Positions 38,861 to 49,217 of a DNA stretch of 64,000 nucleotides are shown piece after piece (the stretch's first letter is position 1; each line of letters opens with the position of its first letter). A program made the position numbers and the translations under genes. The notes below the pieces were generated by a model. The model did no database searches. It worked only from the letters and a program-made list of their open reading frames with translations, and had not been told where the DNA came from. The DNA lies in the NCBI GenBank assembly GCA_964057225.1, contig OZ059900.1, positions 21,080,001-21,144,000 on the forward strand, in the 5' to 3' direction. The stretch comes from Auanema rhodensis (taxonomy: Eukaryota > Animalia > Nematoda).

Positions 38861-41800
38861 CATAAGAGGCGTGCCCTCAGAATATGCTAATTTCCTTAAT
38901 TTTCTAACCCCTGTTTTTTTGTCGTGAAAGTGGAACTAGACGTTGTACGAACAATTTTGAGCTAGGTTTCATTGACATTGCATGAGTTTGAACACATGAA
39001 ATCGTAAGTCAAAACCTTGTTTACAGCGAAATTTCCAAAAACTGGTTTTCCAACATATTAAAATATTTCTCATGGGAAATACTGTGTTTTTGTATTTTTC
39101 TAGTGTTCAGCATGTAAAATGCTTCATTTTAGTATGTAACACGCTGAAATTCGTTGCATTTGACGACTCATATGAACAAAAATCGATTTAATCAATATTA
39201 GCCATAAGGGGCGTGCCCTCAGAATATGCTAATTCCCTTAATTTTCTAACCCCTGTTTTTTTGTCGTGAAAGTGGGACTAGACGTTGTACGAACATTTTT
39301 TTGCTAGGTTTCATTGACATTGCATAAGTTTGAACACATGAAATCGTAAGTCAAAACCTTGTTTACAGCGAAATTTCCAAAAACTGGTTTTCCAGCATAA
39401 TAAAATATTTCTCATGGGAAATACTGTGTTTTTGTATTTTTCTAGTGTTCAGCATGTAAAATGCTTCATTTTAGTATGTAACACGCTGAAATTCGTTGCA
39501 TTTGACGACTCATATGAACAAAAATCGATTTAATCAATATTAGCCATAAGGGGCGTGCCCTCAGAATATGCTAATTCCCTTAATTTTCTAACCCCTGTTT
39601 TTTTGTCGTGAAAGTGGGACTAGACGTTGTACGAACAATTTTTTGCTAGGTTTCATTGACATTGCATAAGTTTGAACACATGAAATCGTAAGTCAAAACC
39701 TTGTTTACAGCGAAATTTCCAAAAACTGGTTTTCCAGCATAATAAAATATTTCTCATGGGAAATACTGTGTTTTTGTATTTTTCTAGTGTTCAGCATGTA
39801 AAATGCTTCATTTTAGTATGTAACACGCTGAAATTCGTAGCATTTGACGACTCATATGAACAAAAATCGATTTAATCAATATTAGCCATAAGGGGCGTGC
39901 CCTCAGAATATGCTAATTTCCTTAATTTTCTAACCCCTGTTTTTTTGTCGTGAAAGTGGAACTAGACGTTGTACGAACAATTTTGAGCTAGGTTTCATTG
40001 ACATTGCATGAGTTTGAACACATGAAATCGTAAGTCAAAACCTTGTTTACAGCGAAATTTCCAAAAACTGGTTTTCCAGCATAATAAAATATTTCTCATG
40101 GGAAATACTGTGTTTTTGTATTTTTCTAGTGTTCAGCATGTAAAATGCTTCATTTTAGTATGTAACACGCTGAAATTCGTTGCATTTGACGACTCATATG
40201 AACAAAAATCGATTTAATCAATATTAGCCATAAGGGGCGTGCCCTCAGAATATGCTAATTTCCTTAATTTTCTAACCCCTGTTTTTTTGTCGTGAAAGTG
40301 GAACTAGACGTTGTACGAACAATTTTGAGCTAGGTTTCATTGACATTGCATGAGTTTGAACACATGAAATCGTAAGTCAAAACCTTGTTTACAGCGAAAT
40401 TTCCAAAAACTGGTTTTCCAGCATAATAAAATATTTCTCATGGGAAATACTGTGTTTTTGTATTTTTCTAGTGTTCAGCATGTGAAATGCTTCATTTGTG
40501 TATGTAACACGCTGAAATTCGTTGCATTTGACGACTCATATGAACAAAAATCGATTTAATCAATATTAGCCATAAGGGGCGTGCCCTCAGAATATGCTAA
40601 TTTCCTTAATTTTCTAACCCCTGTTTTTTTGTCGTGAAAGTGGAACTAGACGTTGTACGAACAATTTTGAGCTAGGTTTCATTGACATTGCATGAGTTTG
40701 AACACATGAAATCGTAAGTCAAAACCTTGTTTACAGCGAAATTTCCAAAAACTGGTTTTCCAGCATAATAAAATATTTCTCATGGGAAATACTGTGTTTT
40801 TGTATTTTTCTAGTGTTCAGCATGTGAAATGCTTCATTTGCGTATGTAACACGCTGAAATTCGTTGCATTTGACGACTCATATGAACAAAAATCGATTTA
40901 ATCAATATTAGCCATAAGGGGCGTGCCCTCAGAATATGCTAATTTCCTTAATTTTCTAACCCCTGTTTTTTTGTCGTGAAAGTGGAACTAGACGTTGTAC
41001 GAACAATTTTGAGCTAGGTTTCATTGACATTGCATGAGTTTGAACACATGAAATCGTAAGTCAAAACCTTGTTTACAGCGAAATTTCCAAAAACTGGTTT
41101 TCCAGCATAATAAAATATTTCTCATGGGAAATACTGTGTTTTTGTATTTTTCTAGTGTTCAGCATGTAAAATGCTTCATTTTAGTATGTAACACGCTGAA
41201 ATTCGTTGCATTTGACGACTCATATGAACAAAAATCGATTTAATCAATATTAGCCATAAGGGGCGTGCCCTCAGAATATGCTAATTTCCTTAATTTTCTA
41301 ACCCCTGTTTTTTTGTCGTGAAAGTGGAACTAGACGTTGTACGAACAATTTTGAGCTAGGTTTCATTGACATTGCATGAGTTTGAACACATGAAATCGTA
41401 AGTCAAAACCTTGTTTACAGCGAAATTTCCAAAAACTGGTTTTCCAGCATAATAAAATATTTCTCATGGGAAATACTGTGTTTTTGTATTTTTCTAGTGT
41501 TCAGCATGTAAAATGCTTCATTTTAGTATGTAACACGCTGAAATTCGTTGCATTTGACGACTCATATGAACAAAAATCGATTTAATCAATATTAGCCATA
41601 AGGGGCGTGCCCTCAGAATATGCTAATTTCCTTAATTTTCTAACCCCTGTTTTTTTGTCGTGAAAGTGGAACTAGACGTTGTACGAACAATTTTGAGCTA
41701 GGTTTCATTGACATTGCATGAGTTTGAACACATGAAATCGTAAGTCAAAACCTTGTTTACAGCGAAATTTCCAAAAACTGGTTTTCCAGCATAATAAAAT

Positions 41801-43404
41801 ATTTCTCATGGGAAATACTGTGTTTTTGTATTTTTCTAGTGTTCAGCATGTGAAATGCTTCATTTGCGTATGTAACACGCTGAAATTCGTTGCATTTGAC
41901 GACTCATATGAACAAAAATCGATTTAATCAATATTAGCCATAAGGGGCGTGCCCTCAGAATATGCTAATTTCCTTAATTTTCTAACCCCTGTTTTTTTGT
42001 CGTGAAAGTGGAACTAGACGTTGTACGAACAATTTTGAGCTAGGTTTCATTGACATTGCATGAGTTTGAACACATGAAATCGTAAGTCAAAACCTTGTTT
42101 ACAGCGAAATTTCCAAAAACTGGTTTTCCAGCATAATAAAATATTTCTCATGGGAAATACTGTGTTTTTGTATTTTTCTAGTGTTCAGCATGTAAAATGC
42201 TTCATTTTAGTATGTAACACGCTGAAATTCGTTGCATTTGACGACTCATATGAACAAAAATCGATTTAATCAATATTAGCCATAAGGGGCGTGCCCTCAG
42301 AATATGCTAATTTCCTTAATTTTCTAACCCCTGTTTTTTTGTCGTGAAAGTGGGACTAGACGTTGTACGAACAATTTTGAGCTAGGTTTCATTGACATTG
42401 CATGAGTTTGAACACATGAAATCGTAAGTCAAAACCTTGTTTACAGCGAAATTTCCAAAAACTGGTTTTCCAGCATAATAAAATATTTCTCATGGAAAAT
42501 ACTGTGTTTTTGTATTTTTCTAGTGTTCAGCATGTAAAATGCTTCATTTTAGTATGTAACACGCTGAAATTCGTTGCATTTGACGACTCATATGAACAAA
42601 AATCGATTTAATCAATATTAGCCATAAGGGGCGTGCCCTCAGAATATGCTAATTCCCTTAATTTTCTAACCCCTGTTTTTTTGTCGTGAAAGTGGAACTA
42701 GACGTTGTACGAACAATTTTGAGCTAGGTTTCATTGACATTGCATGAGTTTGAACACATGAAATCGTAAGTCAAAACCTTGTTTACAGCGAAATTTCCAA
42801 AAACTGGTTTTCCAGCATAATAAAATATTTCTCATGGGAAATACTGTGTTTTTGTATTTTTCTAGTGTTCAGCATGTAAAATGCTTCATTTTAGTATGTA
42901 ACACGCTGAAATTCGTTGCATTTGACGACTCATATGAACAAAAATCGATTTAATCAATATTAGCCATAAGGGGCGTGCCCTCAGAATATGCTAATTCCCT
43001 TAATTTTCTAACCCCTGTTTTTTTGTCGTGAAAGTGGAACTAGACGTTGTACGAACAATTTTGAGCTAGGTTTCATTGACATTGCATGAGTTTGAACACA
43101 TGAAATCGTAAGTCAAAACCTTGTTTACAGCGAAATTTCCAAAAACTGGTTTTCCAGCATAATAAAATATTTCTCATGGGAAATACTGTGTTTTTGTATT
43201 TTTCTAGTGTTCAGCATGTAAAATGCTTCATTTTAGTATGTAACACGCTGAAATTCGTTGCATTTGACGACTCATATGAACAAAAATCGATTTAATCAAT
43301 ATTAGCTATAAGGGGCGTGCCCTCAGAATATGCTAATTTCCTTAATTTTCTAACTCCTGTTTTTTTGTCGTGAAAGTGGGACTAGACGTTGTACGAACAA
43401 TTTT
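38861..43404 (-). repeat. Inverted satellite block 1 (4544 bp = 13 full monomers + 43 bp + 55 bp partial monomers)
   Basis: Sequence is the reverse complement of the monomer (e.g. gccataaggggcgtgccctcagaatatgctaatttccttaatttt). It starts at monomer position 43-45 and ends at position 288. Confidence 0.97.
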
Positions 43405-44499
43405 TACAAAAACACAGTATTTCCCATGAGAAATATTTTATTATGCTGGAAAACCAGTTTTTGGAAATTTCGCTGTAAACAAGGTTTTGACTTACGATTT
43501 CATGTGTTCAAACTCATGCAATGTCAATGAAACCTAGCTCAAAATTGTTTGTACAACGTCTAGTTTCACTTTCACGACAAAAAAACAGGGGTTAGAAAAT
43601 TAAGGGAATTAGCATATTCTGAGGGCACGCCCCTTATGGCTAATATTGATTAAATCGATTTTTGTTCATATGAGTCGTCAAATGCAACGAATTTCAGCGT
43701 GTTACATACTAAAATGAAGCATTTTACATGCTGAACACTAGAAAAATACAAAAACACAGTATTTCCCATGAGAAATATTTTATTATGCTGGAAAACCAGT
43801 TTTTGGAAATTTCGCTGTAAACAAGGTTTTGACTTACGATTTCATGTGTTCAAACTCATGCAATGTCAATGAAACCTAGCTCAAAATTGTTTGTACAACG
43901 TCTAGTTTCACTTTCACGACAAAAAAACAGGGGTTAGAAAATTAAGGGAATTAGCATATTCTGAGGGCACGCCCCTTATGGCTAATATTGATTAAATCGA
44001 TTTTTGTTCATATGAGTCGTCAAATGCAACGAATTTCAGCGTGTTACATACTAAAATGAAGCATTTTACATGCTGAACACTAGAAAAATACAAAAACACA
44101 GTATTTCCCATGAGAAATATTTTATTATGCTGGAAAACCAGTTTTTGGAAATTTCGCTGTAAACAAGGTTTTGACTTACGATTTCATGTGTTCAAACTTA
44201 TGCAATGTCAATGAAACCTAGCAAAAAATTGTTCGTACAACGTCTAGTCCCACTTTCACGACAAAAAAACAGGGGTTAGAAAATTAAGGGAATTAGCATA
44301 TTCTGAGGGCACGCCCCTTATGGCTAATATTGATTAAATCGATTTTTGTTCATATGAGTCGTCAAATGCAACGAATTTCAGCGTGTTACATACTAAAATG
44401 AAGCATTTTACATGCTGAACACTAGAAAAATACAAAAACACAGTATTTCCCATGAGAAATATTTTATTATGCTGGAAAACCAGTTTTTGGAAATTTCGC
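43405..44499 (+). repeat. Short forward satellite block (1095 bp) between the two inverted blocks
   Basis: Starts at monomer position 152 (tacaaaaacacag), includes two full monomers and ends at position 220: 191+684+220 = 1095. Confidence 0.96.
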
Positions 44500-47400
44500 C
44501 ATAAGAGGCGTGCCCTCAGAATATGCTAATTTCCTTAATTTTCTAACCCCTGTTTTTTTGTCGTGAAAGTGGAACTAGACGTTGTACGAACAATTTTGAG
44601 CTAGGTTTCATTGACATTGCATGAGTTTGAACACATGAAATCGTAAGTCAAAACCTTGTTTACAGCGAAATTTCCAAAAACTGGTTTTCCAGCATAATAA
44701 AATATTTCTCATGGGAAATACTGTGTTTTTGTATTTTTCTAGTGTTCAGCATGTAAAATGCTTCATTTTAGTATGTAACACGCTGAAATTCGTTGCATTT
44801 GACGACTCATATGAACAAAAATCGATTTAATCAATATTAGCCATAAGGGGCGTGCCCTCAGAATATGCTAATTCCCTTAATTTTCTAACCCCTGTTTTTT
44901 TGTCGTGAAAGTGGGACTAGACGTTGTACGAACAATTTTTTGCTAGGTTTCATTGACATTGCATAAGTTTGAACACATGAAATCGTAAGTCAAAACCTTG
45001 TTTACAGCGAAATTTCCAAAAACTGGTTTTCCAGCATAATAAAATATTTCTCATGGGAAATACTGTGTTTTTGTATTTTTCTAGTGTTCAGCATGTAAAA
45101 TGCTTCATTTTAGTATGTAACACGCTGAAATTCGTAGCATTTGACGACTCATATGAACAAAAATCGATTTAATCAATATTAGCCATAAGGGGCGTGCCCT
45201 CAGAATATGCTAATTTCCTTAATTTTCTAACCCCTGTTTTTTTGTCGTGAAAGTGGAACTAGACGTTGTACGAACAATTTTGAGCTAGGTTTCATTGACA
45301 TTGCATGAGTTTGAACACATGAAATCGTAAGTCAAAACCTTGTTTACAGCGAAATTTCCAAAAACTGGTTTTCCAGCATAATAAAATATTTCTCATGGGA
45401 AATACTGTGTTTTTGTATTTTTCTAGTGTTCAGCATGTAAAATGCTTCATTTTAGTATGTAACACGCTGAAATTCGTTGCATTTGACGACTCATATGAAC
45501 AAAAATCGATTTAATCAATATTAGCCATAAGGGGCGTGCCCTCAGAATATGCTAATTTCCTTAATTTTCTAACCCCTGTTTTTTTGTCGTGAAAGTGGAA
45601 CTAGACGTTGTACGAACAATTTTGAGCTAGGTTTCATTGACATTGCATGAGTTTGAACACATGAAATCGTAAGTCAAAACCTTGTTTACAGCGAAATTTC
45701 CAAAAACTGGTTTTCCAGCATAATAAAATATTTCTCATGGGAAATACTGTGTTTTTGTATTTTTCTAGTGTTCAGCATGTGAAATGCTTCATTTGCGTAT
45801 GTAACACGCTGAAATTCGTTGCATTTGACGACTCATATGAACAAAAATCGATTTAATCAATATTAGCCATAAGGGGCGTGCCCTCAGAATATGCTAATTT
45901 CCTTAATTTTCTAACCCCTGTTTTTTTGTCGTGAAAGTGGAACTAGACGTTGTACGAACAATTTTGAGCTAGGTTTCATTGACATTGCATGAGTTTGAAC
46001 ACATGAAATCGTAAGTCAAAACCTTGTTTACAGCGAAATTTCCAAAAACTGGTTTTCCAGCATAATAAAATATTTCTCATGGGAAATACTGTGTTTTTGT
46101 ATTTTTCTAGTGTTCAGCATGTAAAATGCTTCATTTTAGTATGTAACACGCTGAAATTCGTTGCATTTGACGACTCATATGAACAAAAATCGATTTAATC
46201 AATATTAGCCATAAGGGGCGTGCCCTCAGAATATGCTAATTTCCTTAATTTTCTAACCCCTGTTTTTTTGTCGTGAAAGTGGGACTAGACGTTGTACGAA
46301 CAATTTTGAGCTAGGTTTCATTGACATTGCATGAGTTTGAACACATGAAATCGTAAGTCAAAACCTTGTTTACAGCGAAATTTCCAAAAACTGGTTTTCC
46401 AGCATAATAAAATATTTCTCATGGGAAATACTGTGTTTTTGTATTTTTCTAGTGTTCAGCATGTGAAATGCTTCATTTGCGTATGTAACACGCTGAAATT
46501 CGTTGCATTTGACGACTCATATGAACAAAAATCGATTTAATCAATATTAGCCATAAGGGGCGTGCCCTCAGAATATGCTAATTCCCTTAATTTTCTAACC
46601 CCTGTTTTTTTGTCGTGAAAGTGGAACTAGACGTTGTACGAACAATTTTGAGCTAGGTTTCATTGACATTGCATGAGTTTGAACACATGAAATCGTAAGT
46701 CAAAACCTTGTTTACAGCGAAATTTCCAAAAACTGGTTTTCCAGCATAATAAAATATTTCTCATGGGAAATACTGTGTTTTTGTATTTTTCTAGTGTTCA
46801 GCATGTAAAATGCTTCATTTTAGTATGTAACACGCTGAAATTCGTTGCATTTGACGACTCATATGAACAAAAATCGATTTAATCAATATTAGCCATAAGG
46901 GGCGTGCCCTCAGAATATGCTAATTTCCTTAATTTTCTAACCCCTGTTTTTTTGTCGTGAAAGTGGAACTAGACGTTGTACGAACAATTTTGAGCTAGGT
47001 TTCATTGACATTGCATGAGTTTGAACACATGAAATCGTAAGTCAAAACCTTGTTTACAGCGAAATTTCCAAAAACTGGTTTTCCAGCATAATAAAATATT
47101 TCTCATGGGAAATACTGTGTTTTTGTATTTTTCTAGTGTTCAGCATGTAAAATGCTTCATTTTAGTATGTAACACGCTGAAATTCGTTGCATTTGACGAC
47201 TCATATGAACAAAAATCGATTTAATCAATATTAGCCATAAGGGGCGTGCCCTCAGAATATGCTAATTTCCTTAATTTTCTAACCCCTGTTTTTTTGTCGT
47301 GAAAGTGGGACTAGACGTTGTACGAACAATTTTGAGCTAGGTTTCATTGACATTGCATGAGTTTGAACACATGAAATCGTAAGTCAAAACCTTGTTTACA

Positions 47401-48359
47401 GCGAAATTTCCAAAAACTGGTTTTCCAGCATAATAAAATATTTCTCATGGAAAATACTGTGTTTTTGTATTTTTCTAGTGTTCAGCATGTAAAATGCTTC
47501 ATTTTAGTATGTAACACGCTGAAATTCGTTGCATTTGACGACTCATATGAACAAAAATCGATTTAATCAATATTAGCCATAAGGGGCGTGCCCTCAGAAT
47601 ATGCTAATTCCCTTAATTTTCTAACCCCTGTTTTTTTGTCGTGAAAGTGGAACTAGACGTTGTACGAACAATTTTGAGCTAGGTTTCATTGACATTGCAT
47701 GAGTTTGAACACATGAAATCGTAAGTCAAAACCTTGTTTACAGCGAAATTTCCAAAAACTGGTTTTCCAGCATAATAAAATATTTCTCATGGGAAATACT
47801 GTGTTTTTGTATTTTTCTAGTGTTCAGCATGTAAAATGCTTCATTTTAGTATGTAACACGCTGAAATTCGTTGCATTTGACGACTCATATGAACAAAAAT
47901 CGATTTAATCAATATTAGCCATAAGGGGCGTGCCCTCAGAATATGCTAATTCCCTTAATTTTCTAACCCCTGTTTTTTTGTCGTGAAAGTGGAACTAGAC
48001 GTTGTACGAACAATTTTGAGCTAGGTTTCATTGACATTGCATGAGTTTGAACACATGAAATCGTAAGTCAAAACCTTGTTTACAGCGAAATTTCCAAAAA
48101 CTGGTTTTCCAGCATAATAAAATATTTCTCATGGGAAATACTGTGTTTTTGTATTTTTCTAGTGTTCAGCATGTAAAATGCTTCATTTTAGTATGTAACA
48201 CGCTGAAATTCGTTGCATTTGACGACTCATATGAACAAAAATCGATTTAATCAATATTAGCTATAAGGGGCGTGCCCTCAGAATATGCTAATTTCCTTAA
48301 TTTTCTAACTCCTGTTTTTTTGTCGTGAAAGTGGGACTAGACGTTGTACGAACAATTTT
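44500..48359 (-). repeat. Inverted satellite block 2 (3860 bp = 11 full monomers + the same 98 bp of partial monomers)
   Basis: Reverse-complement monomers. The entry junction gaaatttcgccataagaggcgtg and exit junction gaacaatttttacaaaaacacag are identical to those of block 1. Confidence 0.97.
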
Positions 48360-48892
48360 TACAAAAACACAGTATTTCCCATGAGAAATATTTTATTATG
48401 CTGGAAAACCAGTTTTTGGAAATTTCGCTGTAAACAAGGTTTTGACTTACGATTTCATGTGTTCAAACTCATGCAATGTCAATGAAACCTAGCTCAAAAT
48501 TGTTCGTACAACGTCTAGTTCCACTTTCACGACAAAAAAACAGGGGTTAGAAAATTAAGGGAATTAGCATATTCTGAGGGTACGCCCCTTATGGCTAATA
48601 TTGATTAAATCGATTTTTGTTCATATGAGTCGTCAAATGCAACGAATTTCAGCGTGTTACATACTAAAATGAAGCATTTTACATGCTGAACACTAGAAAA
48701 ATACAAAAACACAGTATTTCCCATGAGAAATATTTTATTATGCTGGAAAACCAGTTTTTGGAAATTTCGCTGTAAACAAGGTTTTGACTTACGATTTCAT
48801 GTGTTCAAACTCATGCAATGTCAATGAAACCTAGCTCAAAATTGTTCGTACAACGTCTAGTCCCACTTTCACGACAAAAAAACAGGGGTTAG

Positions 48893-49217
48893 AAAATTAA
48901 GGAAATTAGCATATTCTGAGGGCACGCCCCTTATGGCTAATATTGATTAAATCGATTTTTGTTCATATGAGTCGTCAAATGCAACGAATTTCAGCGTGTT
49001 ACATACTAAAATGAAGCATTTTACATGCTGAACACTAGAAAAATACAAAAACACAGTATTTTCCATGAGAAATATTTTATTATGCTGGAAAACCAGTTTT
49101 TGGAAATTTCGCTGTAAACAAGGTTGTGTTCAAACTCATGCAATGTCAATGAAACCTAGCTCAAAATTGTTCGTACAACGTCTAGTTCCACTTTCACGAC
49201 AAAAAAACAGGGGTTAG
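48893..49217 (+). repeat. Truncated 325-bp monomer (17-bp deletion of monomer positions 234-250)
   Basis: aaacaaggtt|gtgttcaa instead of aaacaaggttTTGACTTACGATTTCATgtgttcaa; the next monomer starts 325 bp later. Confidence 0.95.

Noticed and set aside
38861-43404. Simple fold-back sequencing chimera
   Set aside because: Considered unlikely: the arms differ in monomer number and private SNPs, the junction recurs with its own SNP, and orientation returns to forward. It cannot be fully excluded without raw reads.
38861-48359. Inverted blocks as a transposon/MITE insertion or site-specific invertible switch
   Set aside because: No foreign sequence, terminal inverted repeats, target-site duplication or recombinase. 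Breakpoints are non-reciprocal (220/43 and 288/152) and the block duplicates upstream DNA rather than flipping it.
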